The position numbers and the translations under genes were made by a program. Source: Trueperaceae bacterium (GTDB taxonomy: Bacteria > Deinococcota > Deinococci > Deinococcales > Trueperaceae). From it: DNA of 64,000 bases. The stretch lies in NCBI GenBank assembly GCA_035703635.1, contig DASSXV010000044.1, positions 1 through 64,000 on the forward strand. Direction: 5' to 3'. The notes under the pieces were generated by a model. That model was given only the letters and a program-made list of their open reading frames with translations. It made no database searches and was not told the DNA's origin. This document shows, piece by piece, positions 9,119 to 18,853 of this stretch; position 1 is the first letter of the stretch, and every line of letters starts with the position of its first letter.

Positions 9119-9733
9119 GTGCTCGACGTAATACTGGGGGCGGTAACCACCCTGATCGCCTACTTCCTCGGCACCATCCCATCTGGCCTCCTCGTCGCCA
9201 GGCTGCGCGGCGTGAACATCCAGCAAGTAGGTTCTGGCAACATCGGCGCGACTAACGTGCTGCGCGCACTCGGTGTCGTGCCGGCAGTCATCGTGGTCAT
9301 CCTCGACCCACTCAAAGGCGCCATCGCCACCCTCATCCCCTCCCTCCTCGGGATAGGGCCGTGGGGCGTCGCGTTGGCTGGCCTCGCCGTAGTGCTAGGC
9401 AACAGCTTCAACATCCTGCTGCGCCTGCGTGGCGGTAAGGGGATCGCCACCAGCATCGGGGTGTTCCTCGTCATCGACCCGCTGGTCGCACTGATGTGCA
9501 TCGTGCTCGGCGTCTTCACGATCCTCGTGAGCCGTTACGTTTCGCTCGGGTCGTTGGTCGGCATGGTGGCCCTGCCGCTCTTCATCATCGTTTCGGCCAC
9601 GTGGGCGTGGCCTGAGATGCTGCTAGCCGCCGCCCTCGCCGCGTTGGCCATCTACCGGCACCGCGACAACATCCGCCGCCTGCTCGCCGGCGAGGAGCGC
9701 AGGCTTGGCGAGAAGGTCGCCGCCCGCCACTGA
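9119..9733 (+). CDS. plsY: Glycerol-3-phosphate acyltransferase PlsY
   Basis: GSGNIGATNVLR, D.LKG, GGKGIAT, RYVSLGS, RHRDNI.RL..G.E; GGAGG before GTG 9119. Confidence 0.95.
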   Translation: MLDVILGAVTTLIAYFLGTIPSGLLVARLRGVNIQQVGSGNIGATNVLRALGVVPAVIVVILDPLKGAIATLIPSLLGIGPWGVALAGLAVVLGNSFNILLRLRGGKGIATSIGVFLVIDPLVALMCIVLGVFTILVSRYVSLGSLVGMVALPLFIIVSATWAWPEMLLAAALAALAIYRHRDNIRRLLAGEERRLGEKVAARH

Positions 9734-10606
9734 CCGAGCGGCAGCGCCCTTGCCAAGGTTGACCATGACGATGCCGCCGATGGCGATCGCGCCACCGACG
9801 ACCGTGATCAGCGCGGGCACCTCGCCGAGAAGCAGCCACGAGGACGCCAGGCCGAACACCGGTACGAGGTAGAGGAAGGCAGTCACGACGGTGACCCTGG
9901 CTTGCGAGAGAGCGAACGCATAGATGGTGTATGCGATGGCCGAGGGGAACACGCCGATGTAGAGCGTGGCACCAAGCGCCGCCCATGGGGCCGACGCCAC
10001 CGAGCTGGCCAAACCGGGTAGGAACACGAGGAGCGGCAACGTGCCTGCCCAGGTGGCGAACGCGGCGACCTCGATCGGCTTGTACTTAGCGAACAGTGGC
10101 TTCTGAAGCACCGTGTAGAACGACGCGGCCGCGGCAGCGAGGACGATGAGCCACGCCCAAGCGTTGAACGTGAGCCCAGTGCCGGAGTCGCCGAGCACGA
10201 TGAGCACGACGCCGAGGAACGAGAGCAGCGAGCCAACCCAGCCGAGCGGGGCGAGCCTCTCCCCCATCATGAAAACGGCGAGCAGCGCCGTCATGGCAGG
10301 CGCCGTCGCGATCACGAGGCTGGCGGCACCCGCACTGACGTGCAACTCGCCGAAGTTGAGAGCGAGGTGATAGACGGTGTAACCGAGGAGCCCGACTAGG
10401 AAGAAGTACGGCACGTCCGCGCGGCGAGGACGGAGCCGCCCCTTGAACACGAGGAGCAATGGCAGAAACGCTGCCGATGCCACCAGGTGGCGTAGCAGCG
10501 TCAAGTGAGGGGCAGTGAAGCCCGTCAACCCCAGCTTGATCATGGGGTAGGCGCTGCCCCACAAGATCATCTGGAACAGCAGTAAAACAACCAAACCTGC
10601 TCGCAT
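9623..10606 (-). CDS. DMT/EamA family transporter
   Basis: Two EamA repeats (WG..Y...K; GE.L; YLVPV.....S..LLGE), about 10 TM segments. Confidence 0.9.
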   Translation of the reverse strand: MRAGLVVLLLFQMILWGSAYPMIKLGLTGFTAPHLTLLRHLVASAAFLPLLLVFKGRLRPRRADVPYFFLVGLLGYTVYHLALNFGELHVSAGAASLVIATAPAMTALLAVFMMGERLAPLGWVGSLLSFLGVVLIVLGDSGTGLTFNAWAWLIVLAAAAASFYTVLQKPLFAKYKPIEVAAFATWAGTLPLLVFLPGLASSVASAPWAALGATLYIGVFPSAIAYTIYAFALSQARVTVVTAFLYLVPVFGLASSWLLLGEVPALITVVGGAIAIGGIVMVNLGKGAAARSVAGGDLLAKPALLAGEQAADVVAVPVDGQRGEGGG

Positions 10607-10633
10607 CCGAACGTCTCCTAATCACTCCGTAAG

Positions 10634-11626
10634 TCAGTTAGGCAGTTCGACCTTGCGACCGCAGGCGCATAGTTCCTGCTCGCGCACCATGCGCGTCTGA
10701 CCGTCACGGAACCATAGCGTTGCGCAGTCCGGGCAGCGTACCTCGTTGCTGCTGATGCCGAGGATGGCCTCCGGTCCGAGCCAGCGCTTGTCACCGCACC
10801 AGTGGCACACGATCTCGGCTCCGCCGTCTTCTGCGATCATGGCCGCCCGTTCGGCGGGCGTGAAGTAGGCGAGCGCTTCGAGCGCCTTCTCTTCACTACA
10901 GCGGCAGGCGAAGCGCAGCTGCAACGGCGGGTCGGTGAGGATCTCGAAGTCCATCCCCCACATGAGTTCGTTACGCACGATGTCCGTGAGGGGCGCGCGG
11001 TGCATGGCGCTCGTCAGCTGACCGAGCGCCTTGATGTTCGCCTCGAGCAGCGGCAACGCCGCCTCGTCCGCCCCAGGCAGCGCCTGCAGGATGACGCCCC
11101 CAGAGCTAGTTACGCGCCCCTTCGCGTCGAAGTGGACCCCGAGCAGTAGCGCGGAAGCGATCTGCTCTGAACGCGCGAGGTACGTGGCGATGTCCTCCGC
11201 GATCTCGCCGCTGACGAGGTCGCTCGAGCTGCCGTATGGCTCGCCGTACGGCGCGTGAGCGCGGATGACGCTGATCTCGCCAACGTGCCCAACGCCGCCA
11301 CCGACGTCAAGCTTGCCGTCTGGGCGCAGTGGCAGGTCGGCGTGAGGGTTGCTGACGTAGCCGCGCACGGTACCGTCGAGGCCGGCGTCTGCGATGACGC
11401 CGCCGAGGGGCCCGTCGCCGCGCAGCTTGAGGGTCACGCGGTCACGATGGTGCTTCAGGAGTACGTGCGAAAGCAGTAGGGCCCCAGTGAGGGTGCGGCC
11501 GAGGGCCGCGCCTGCCGTTGGGCTGGTGGCGTGCTTCTCGGTGGCGTGGCGCACCAACTCGGTGGTGTCTGCCGCCACCACGCGGATGCCGCCGCTGGCA
11601 CCAAGGCCGCGGATCAGGTGAGACAT
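10634..11626 (-). CDS. hslO: Redox-regulated chaperone Hsp33 with extra C-terminal Cys cluster
   Basis: GDGPLG, VRGY, SGEIAED...Y..SEQI.SA, CRC...CHWC zinc switch; ATG 11626 with GAGGA RBS. Confidence 0.95.
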   Translation of the reverse strand: MSHLIRGLGASGGIRVVAADTTELVRHATEKHATSPTAGAALGRTLTGALLLSHVLLKHHRDRVTLKLRGDGPLGGVIADAGLDGTVRGYVSNPHADLPLRPDGKLDVGGGVGHVGEISVIRAHAPYGEPYGSSSDLVSGEIAEDIATYLARSEQIASALLLGVHFDAKGRVTSSGGVILQALPGADEAALPLLEANIKALGQLTSAMHRAPLTDIVRNELMWGMDFEILTDPPLQLRFACRCSEEKALEALAYFTPAERAAMIAEDGGAEIVCHWCGDKRWLGPEAILGISSNEVRCPDCATLWFRDGQTRMVREQELCACGRKVELPN

Positions 11627-11696
11627 CTGTGGTTCCTCTCGTCGAACCGCTAGCGGGCGCCAGCGCCTAGCGCTCACGTCCTGCGGTACGCCCCCG

Positions 11697-11702
11697 AGTA
11701 TA
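11697..11702 (-). promoter_or_regulatory. -10 element TATACT for hslO
   Basis: Near-consensus hexamer about 70 nt upstream of hslO start in the coaD-hslO gap. Confidence 0.55.
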
Positions 11703-11755
11703 TGGGCGCGCCTCATAGCGCCGCGTGCCGCAGCTTGCGCCGCCGTGCGCTGCGC

Positions 11756-12316
<561 letters not shown>

Positions 12317-12320
12317 TCAG

Positions 12321-13241
12321 TCAGCCCCCGGCTAGGAGTTCGTCCACGACCGCGCCAGGGCTCATGCGTCCCGAGAGGACCGCAGCTATCGCCTCATCTT
12401 CGTGGGCGCTGAGCTTGCGCCTCAAGCGCTCGCCGAGGATGGCGCTCACCTCCGCGCGCACGCGGCGCCTGCGCGCGGCGACGATCGCCCCGCTCTCCTC
12501 TAGGTAGGCGCGGTGTTCGTCTAGGCGCTGCAGCAACTCGTCGACGCCTTCTTCGCGGGACGCGACCGTGCCGACGATGGGCGCCGCCCAACCCTCTGGG
12601 TGCTCGCCTAGTTCCATCGCGGCGCGGATCTCACGCCGCAAGCGGTCGGCGCCAGGGTGGTCGTACTTGTTGATGCAGAAGATGTCCGCTATCTCCATGA
12701 TGCCCGCCTTGAACGCCTGCACGCCGTCACCCTGGCCGGGCGTTAGCACGACGACTGTCGTGTCCGCCGCTTGCACGACGTCGACCTCCGACTGCCCTAC
12801 CCCGACCGTCTCGACGAAGATCGTGTCGCAGCCCGCAGCGTCTAGCAGTGCGACGACTTGGAGTGTGGCGGCCGCCAACCCTCCGAGGTGGCCGCGGGTG
12901 GCCATCGAGCGGATGAACACCCCAGGGTCGTCGTGCCAGCGCGTCATGCGGATGCGGTCACCGAGGATGGCGCCGCCGCTGAACGGTGAGGTCGGATCGA
13001 TGGCTACCACGCCAACGCGGCGACCAGTTGCCCGAACGCCAGCGATGAGGGCGTCGGTAAGGGTGCTCTTGCCGGCGCCTGGCGAGCCAGTGATGCCGAT
13101 CACGGCGCCGCGCCCAGTCCGCTCACGCACGCTGCGGAGGAGTTCCTGCCCCTCTGGCGCGCCAGCCTCGATGAGGGTCATGCCGCGGGCGATGGCCCGT
13201 TCGTTACCCGCTAACAGCCGTTCCCTGAGCGACTCCACCAT
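12321..13241 (-). CDS. meaB: Methylmalonyl-CoA mutase-associated GTPase MeaB/ArgK
   Basis: GITGSPGAGKST, DPTSPFSGGAILGDRIRM, ETVGVGQSE, KAGIMEIAD, NK.D. Confidence 0.95.
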   Translation of the reverse strand: MVESLRERLLAGNERAIARGMTLIEAGAPEGQELLRSVRERTGRGAVIGITGSPGAGKSTLTDALIAGVRATGRRVGVVAIDPTSPFSGGAILGDRIRMTRWHDDPGVFIRSMATRGHLGGLAAATLQVVALLDAAGCDTIFVETVGVGQSEVDVVQAADTTVVVLTPGQGDGVQAFKAGIMEIADIFCINKYDHPGADRLRREIRAAMELGEHPEGWAAPIVGTVASREEGVDELLQRLDEHRAYLEESGAIVAARRRRVRAEVSAILGERLRRKLSAHEDEAIAAVLSGRMSPGAVVDELLAGG

Positions 13242-13247
13242 CCGAGG

Positions 13248-14207
13248 CTAACCCGCGCCGCGCGCCGCGCTGCTCCAGCGCCGCGCTAGCCCGATGACGG
13301 CCGCTTCCAGTGCAAGGTCTTGGTCGCGGCCTGTTTTGGCGGCGACGTCGGCCGCGAGTAGTTCGCGCAGCGCACCCTTGACGGACGCCTCATCGAGCCT
13401 GGCGGCGAGGGTCAGCGCTTTGTCCGCCGCGTACGGCGCCGCACCGAGGATGCTGGCGGCTTGCCCACCGCTGATGCGCTTTCCGCCTTCTCGTCGCCGC
13501 AGGCCGGCGGCCTTGGCAACCAGCATGAACTGCCACGTCAGCGCCCCGAAGACGCGCGGCACGGCTTCACCGCTGTCGATGAGCCTGCGCGTTACGGTCA
13601 CGGCACCCGTAATGTCGCCTGCCGCTATCCGTTCGATGATGTCGAACGCGTTGTGGGTTGCCGCGCGGTTGACGACGGCCTTGGCGCGCTCCAAGCCGAT
13701 GCGTTCGTCAAGCGAGGCTAGTTTCTGGATCTCCGAGACTATGCCGGCAGCGTCCTCGCCGAAGAGTTCGGCTAGGTAACTCGGCACTTCGCGCTCGAAA
13801 TCGACGCCTGCGTCCTTCAGTTCCGCGGCGACCCAGTCGCCTAGGCGCTCCCTGCGTGGAAGCGCCTGGTGGTGGTGCTTGCCGAGTTGCTGTAGCGCCT
13901 TCTGCCGCGCAGGTGTGGCGTCGGGGTCGAGTACGACGATGGTGGCGTTCCCGCCAGCCTCCTCCAGTACCTTCATGACCTCGTTGCGGGGCTTGACGCC
14001 TGCCACGCCGTGGAAGGCCGCCTCGAAATCAAGCAGCAGCGCGGTCTGGCCGAATAGGCCGCCTTGAGAGGCCAGCTCGCTGACGCTCTGCGCGGACATG
14101 CCCTCGCCCAACTCCGTGACGGCGCCGGGGCCGAACCCGAGTTTGCCGAGTGCGGCGCGTGCGGCGCGGCGTGAGAGGAAGCTGTCTCCTGTGTAAGAGA
14201 TGATCAT
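13248..14207 (-). CDS. holA: DNA polymerase III delta subunit
   Basis: G.D.FL N-terminus, GLFG, EIQKL, PY...KA, D...KTG; downstream of comEC as is common. Confidence 0.85.
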   Translation of the reverse strand: MIISYTGDSFLSRRAARAALGKLGFGPGAVTELGEGMSAQSVSELASQGGLFGQTALLLDFEAAFHGVAGVKPRNEVMKVLEEAGGNATIVVLDPDATPARQKALQQLGKHHHQALPRRERLGDWVAAELKDAGVDFEREVPSYLAELFGEDAAGIVSEIQKLASLDERIGLERAKAVVNRAATHNAFDIIERIAAGDITGAVTVTRRLIDSGEAVPRVFGALTWQFMLVAKAAGLRRREGGKRISGGQAASILGAAPYAADKALTLAARLDEASVKGALRELLAADVAAKTGRDQDLALEAAVIGLARRWSSAARGAG

Positions 14208-14220
14208 GCTGGCTGCTGCT

Positions 14221-14979
14221 TCAGGCTACGGCTACCAAGCTGACCGCTCCCAGCGCTTGGCGGAACTCGTCTGCGCTAGCGAAGCGGTCATCCGGGTCGC
14301 GCGACAGCGCCCGCAGCAAGACTTCAGAGTAGGCGCTCGCTGCTTCCGGGAGGGGCTCGAGTGGCACGCGGTCGTCTCCTGCTAGCCATCTGACGACTTG
14401 GGACCCATATGGGGGAGCACCGGTGAGCATGTGGTAGATGACGGCGCCGGTAGCGTAGAGGTCGGAGCGGTGATCGGTGCGCACGCCCTTGAACTGCTCA
14501 GGCGCCATGAAGCTAGGCGTGCCAAGGAGCATGTCTGGCGCGGTGATGGCCGTGAGGCCCAAGTCTTTCGCGAACCCGAAATCGGTGAGGAGCGCGCGCT
14601 CGCCTTTTACGAGGATGTTGGCTGGCTTAACGTCGTGGTGGATGACGCCTTGGGCGTGAGCGTAAGCGAGGGCGTCTAGCACGTCGTGCGCGATCTTCAT
14701 GGCCCTGCGCGGCCGCAACGGGCCGCGGTCCAGTGCCGATTCGAGCGAGACGCCCGGACAGTATGCGTAGATGAGCGATGAGCCTTCCGCGAGACCGAGA
14801 AGTGGCACGATGTTGTCGTGCCGCAACCGGCCCACGACGGCTGCCTCGCGTTCCAGCCGCTGACTGGCGACAGGATGCGAGGAGCGCAGGCGCTTGACCA
14901 CCACTAGGCGGTCTCCCCAACGAGCAAGTTCCACTCTCACGGGACCTTGCTCGGATAACACACGCACCGTAAGGAGCAT
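14221..14979 (-). CDS. Stand-alone Hanks-type Ser/Thr protein kinase (non-RD, HHD)
   Basis: VVVK, ERE, HHDVKPAN, DFG, GTPSFMAPE, DLYATG; TAGATT 7 nt before ATG 14979. Confidence 0.9.
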   Translation of the reverse strand: MLLTVRVLSEQGPVRVELARWGDRLVVVKRLRSSHPVASQRLEREAAVVGRLRHDNIVPLLGLAEGSSLIYAYCPGVSLESALDRGPLRPRRAMKIAHDVLDALAYAHAQGVIHHDVKPANILVKGERALLTDFGFAKDLGLTAITAPDMLLGTPSFMAPEQFKGVRTDHRSDLYATGAVIYHMLTGAPPYGSQVVRWLAGDDRVPLEPLPEAASAYSEVLLRALSRDPDDRFASADEFRQALGAVSLVAVA

Positions 14980-15053
14980 TGTGAGCAATCTATCACGCCT
15001 GGCACGGTGTGAGTACCGCCTGAATGGTCATCTTGTACAGCCTTCCGCAACGC

Positions 15054-17459
15054 TCATCTGTTGGGCTGAAGTACTGTCCCGGCGCTGCCGCGGGAAGGCG
15101 CAGCTACGGCGGCGCCGCGCTCGCCGCTCGCGATTGCCTTCCAAGACGTTGGAGTTCCAAGCACTACCCTGATCGCGCCGTGCTCACGGGTCGTGAGGAC
15201 CTGAGCTCCGTGCTCGGTGAGGCGCTCTACGACTTCGGGGACCGGGTGCCCGTAGGTGTTGCGACCGACCGAGATGACGGCTAGTCGTGGCCCGACTGCC
15301 CTGACGAGCTCAGGGCTGGTACTGCCGCGAGAGCCGTGATGGCCAACCATGAGGACGTCGAGTGGCGGCACCGGGAGGTCTGGCTCGACGGCGACGCCGA
15401 GGTCGCCAAGGAAGAGGGCGCGCGCTTCCCCGGCGTAACGCAGAACGAATGCAACAGACCCGTCGTTGCTCCCGAGCTGGCTCGTCTGCGCTGGAGGGTT
15501 GACGAACTCGAGCAAGGCGTCGCCTACCTCGAGACGCTCTCCGCGCCGGGCCTCGTGGGTGGGGACCCCACGGGCCGCGGCGAGCGCCCGCAACTGCTCG
15601 TCAAGAGCGTTGCCTGGTTGGGGCGGCCCAGTGATGAACAGGCCGACCGAGAACGTCTCGAGTACGGCGATGAGGCCCTCTGCGTGATCGGCGTCGGCGT
15701 GGGTGTTGATGACTGCGCTGAGATGAGTGACGCCGAGCGCCCGCAGTGCCGGTACTACGACTCGTGCGCCGACGTCGTAGTCGGAGAAGGGCGACCCGCC
15801 ACCGTCGACCAGCACGGTGGCGCCGGGACCGACACGCAGGAGGACGGCGTCTCCCTGGCCCACGTCGAGGAACCAGATGTCTGGCTGCGAGTACCTTGCT
15901 GGCAGCGCGTAGGTCGTGCCCCCGACGACGAGGCCTAGCGCAAGGACCTGGGCGAACCGCAACCGCCGCCGCGACCAGGCGGCCAGCGCCACGGCGAACA
16001 GCGCCCACGCCACGTGCCCGACGGCGGTCACCTCCCCCCAGGCGAGGCGCGGTAAGCGCGCGCCAACCTCGGCCAGCCACACGAGGGCGCCAGCCAATGG
16101 CATGACGGCGAGGTTGACCATGCGCGCAAGCGGCTCGGCCACTAGGCCAACGAGGCCAGCCAGAAAGCCGAGCGGGACGAGCAGCCCCGCGATCGGCACG
16201 GCGAGCACGTTGACCAACGGCGAAGCCAGTGGGACTGAGAGGAAGGTGCCAGCGACCAGCGACAGGGTAGGGAGTTGAGCGGCGACGCTGACTAGGGCGC
16301 CGGTAACGGCGGCAGAGCCTGCAACACGCACCAACCGCCGCCAGCGGTCGAGCCCGATCGGGGCGGGACCGATGTGGGTAGCTATGCGTTCGGTCCAGGG
16401 CGGCAGGTAAAGGAGCATGCCAGCGACAGCGAGGTAGGAGAGCTGGAAACCTAGGTCGAAGACCATCTGCGGAGCAGTGAACACCCCAATGAGCAAGGCT
16501 AGGCTCAGCGTTGCCGTTGGACCTGCCCTACCCGCTCCGAGCGCGGTGGACGCTAACGCGGACAGCGCCATGGTGGCGGCCCTCACCACACTCGGTGACG
16601 GACCGACAAGCGCAACGAACGCCGCGGTGCCAAGCGCGATCAGTGGCAACCTGGCGCGCGGCAAGCGGCCAAGGGCTTTGCCGAAGAAGACGAGCAGCAC
16701 GCCGACGTGCAGGCCGGAGAGCGCCAACAGGTGCGCCATGCCCGCGGCCCCGAAGGTGTCGCGCAGGTCGCCGAGGTCGTCACGGCGCCCGATGCTCATG
16801 GCGAGCATGAGCGCGGCGCTGTCTGGCGGAAGGCCGGCACGAATCCCGCTAGCCAACCGCTCGGTGACGCTGACGCGCGCGCGGACGACGTTCACCTCGC
16901 GGACGAACAGCTGGCCGGCAACGCCGCGGCGAGCGAGGTGGGCCGCGTAATCGAAACCGCCTGGGTTACGCGCGCCAGGCGCGGCTTCTGCCGTGCCAAC
17001 GAGCCGCACCTGCCCGGTGGGTGGTCGCGCCCCTCCCGGCATGACGATCGCCAACCGGCCCTCGAACGGGGCGGTCGCGTGAAGCACCTCACCGTCGGAC
17101 CTACCTACCCATTCGCGCTCCTCGCCTACCCAATCGGCGGTTAGTTGGGCGCGCGCCCGCTCGCCTACGCCCGTCTGCCACGCCTGCCACCGCAATGCAC
17201 CGGCGCTAGCAGTCAGCAGGACGACGGGAAGGAACACCATCAGCGCCGCAGGGCGGATGCCGGTGAAGGCGTGTGGCCAGCGCCAACTGGCACGCCACCA
17301 CAGCCCGATGCCGAGGGCGCAGAGTCCAATGGCGAACGCGGGCACGAGCGCCGCCTTTAGTTGAGCGGCGATTACAACGCCAAGGCAGGCGCCGATGGCG
17401 GGCACTAGCGGCCAAGGCACGAAGACGGGCGCTGTTCCAGGCTCATCTGGCGCCGTCAT
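15054..17459 (-). CDS. comEC: DNA uptake channel ComEC/Rec2
   Basis: RNPGGFDY, HLLALSGLH, S..RA..M, GFQLSY, LDVGQGDA, THADADH, HHGS. Confidence 0.96.
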   Translation of the reverse strand: MTAPDEPGTAPVFVPWPLVPAIGACLGVVIAAQLKAALVPAFAIGLCALGIGLWWRASWRWPHAFTGIRPAALMVFLPVVLLTASAGALRWQAWQTGVGERARAQLTADWVGEEREWVGRSDGEVLHATAPFEGRLAIVMPGGARPPTGQVRLVGTAEAAPGARNPGGFDYAAHLARRGVAGQLFVREVNVVRARVSVTERLASGIRAGLPPDSAALMLAMSIGRRDDLGDLRDTFGAAGMAHLLALSGLHVGVLLVFFGKALGRLPRARLPLIALGTAAFVALVGPSPSVVRAATMALSALASTALGAGRAGPTATLSLALLIGVFTAPQMVFDLGFQLSYLAVAGMLLYLPPWTERIATHIGPAPIGLDRWRRLVRVAGSAAVTGALVSVAAQLPTLSLVAGTFLSVPLASPLVNVLAVPIAGLLVPLGFLAGLVGLVAEPLARMVNLAVMPLAGALVWLAEVGARLPRLAWGEVTAVGHVAWALFAVALAAWSRRRLRFAQVLALGLVVGGTTYALPARYSQPDIWFLDVGQGDAVLLRVGPGATVLVDGGGSPFSDYDVGARVVVPALRALGVTHLSAVINTHADADHAEGLIAVLETFSVGLFITGPPQPGNALDEQLRALAAARGVPTHEARRGERLEVGDALLEFVNPPAQTSQLGSNDGSVAFVLRYAGEARALFLGDLGVAVEPDLPVPPLDVLMVGHHGSRGSTSPELVRAVGPRLAVISVGRNTYGHPVPEVVERLTEHGAQVLTTREHGAIRVVLGTPTSWKAIASGERGAAVAAPSRGSAGTVLQPNR

Positions 17460-17956
17460 GGCGCCACCAGCGGCCGTAGCTGCTCTAGCTTCTTGGGACC
17501 GATGCCGGGAACGCGCAGCAAGTCGTCGATCCGCGAGTACGGCCTATGTTCCACGATGCGCTGAGCCGTGGCCGGCCCTACGCCCGGCAGTTCTTCGAGC
17601 TGGGCGCGCGTTGCACTGTTGAGCGAGACGCGCGGCACATGCGCAACGCTCGTCAGCGCCGGCACTTGCACGACCTGCCCGTCAGTAAGGGGTGCGGCGA
17701 GCGCCACCAGCGTGCGGGCAGCACCAGGGAGGAACCCGCCTGCCAGGGCGACTAGGTCCGAAACGCGCGCGCCGAACTCTAGTTCGTGCGCCCCTGGGGT
17801 GACCACCAGCCCCTCGATCGATACGCGGATGCGTGGTTGGACGACGGTCGCCACGGCCGGCCGCGACCAGGCGCCAGGAAACAGCACCGCCACTACCAAC
17901 GCAAGGCTGGCGCCAACGAGTATCTGCGTGAGGCGGTCGTGGCGGATGGCGCGCAT
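17456..17956 (-). CDS. comEA: Competence DNA-binding protein ComEA
   Basis: N-terminal TM, SLBB-like G.V..PG...L..G.RV.D...AGG, HhH LNSAT..L..LPGVGP..A and VPGIG.K; ATGA coupling to comEC. Confidence 0.92.
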   Translation of the reverse strand: MRAIRHDRLTQILVGASLALVVAVLFPGAWSRPAVATVVQPRIRVSIEGLVVTPGAHELEFGARVSDLVALAGGFLPGAARTLVALAAPLTDGQVVQVPALTSVAHVPRVSLNSATRAQLEELPGVGPATAQRIVEHRPYSRIDDLLRVPGIGPKKLEQLRPLVAP

Positions 17957-18093
17957 GCCTCAGGCTATGAGAACGCCCAGGCAGGGTTGACCCCCACCTG
18001 GGCTGCTGCCCAGTGATCCTAGGCGTTCGCCTACCTGCCCGCTATGGCCGGGCCTTTCTCAGTGCAAGCTCTAAGCCAGCCGAACGGACAGCG

Positions 18094-18705
18094 CTACTTC
18101 GCGGCGCTGTACTTGCCCGCTACCGCGTTCCAGTCAACTACGTTCCAGAAGGCCTTGGCGTAGTCGGGGCGGCGGTTCTGGTAATGGAGGTAGTAAGCAT
18201 GCTCCCAAACGTCGAGGCCGAGAATCGGCGTGTCGCCCTGCATGAGAGGAGAGTCCTGGTTGGCAGTCGAGTAGACCTTGAGCGCACCGCCGTTCGTCAC
18301 GACGAGCCATGCCCAGCCGGAACCGAAGCGCGTGGCTGCCGCTGCCGCGAACTTCTCCTGGAACGCCGCGAACGAGCCGAACGCTTCGTCAATCGCGGCC
18401 GCGAGGGCGCCGCTAGGAACACCGCCGCCCTTCGGGCTCATGACTTCCCAGAAGAGGTTGTGGTTGAGGTACCCGCCGCCGTTGTTCTGGACGGCGGTAC
18501 GGATGTCCTCAGGGAGGCCTGGCACGTTCTGCACGAGCTCTTCTGCGCTCTTGCCCGCCAGCTCTGGGTGCTTGTCGATGGCAGCGTTGAGGTTGTTGGT
18601 GTAGGCGGCGTGGTGCTTGTCGTGATGGATCTCCATGGTGCGCGCATCGATGTGCGGCTCCAGTGCGTCGGTGGGGTACGGCAAGTCGGGAAGTTTGAAG
18701 GCCAT
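18094..18705 (-). CDS. sodA: Superoxide dismutase (probably Mn)
   Basis: [40 protein letters not shown]. Confidence 0.97.
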   Translation of the reverse strand: MAFKLPDLPYPTDALEPHIDARTMEIHHDKHHAAYTNNLNAAIDKHPELAGKSAEELVQNVPGLPEDIRTAVQNNGGGYLNHNLFWEVMSPKGGGVPSGALAAAIDEAFGSFAAFQEKFAAAAATRFGSGWAWLVVTNGGALKVYSTANQDSPLMQGDTPILGLDVWEHAYYLHYQNRRPDYAKAFWNVVDWNAVAGKYSAAK

Positions 18706-18853
18706 GGTGTGAGGCTCCTTTCGATTTGCGTCGGCGACCGCCCTGACAGTAGGCGGCCCGAGCGCCCCGCACTCCCTAGAACTCAAAGGGGTGCGTTGGC
18801 TCACAGTTACTCATGGAGTCTAGCAGCGAACGGCGCCAACCCCCGTCTAGGCG

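Noticed and set aside
11627-11696. tRNA-like look on the minus strand (GGGGGCGTA...GGTTCGA)
   Set aside because: D, anticodon and T stems do not pair and there is no 3' acceptor strand; better explained as the hslO leader.
12321-13241. meaB without a mutase as a novel system
   Set aside because: Unlinked meaB is common; the mutase may lie elsewhere in the genome.
18760-18815. yybP-ykoY Mn riboswitch before sodA
   Set aside because: Only a GAGUA fragment resembles it; the other conserved elements were not found by eye.
18826-18840. Gram-positive SOS box (GAAC-N4-GTTC) at the shared motif, also at 60387
   Set aside because: The GTTC half-site is absent at both locations.
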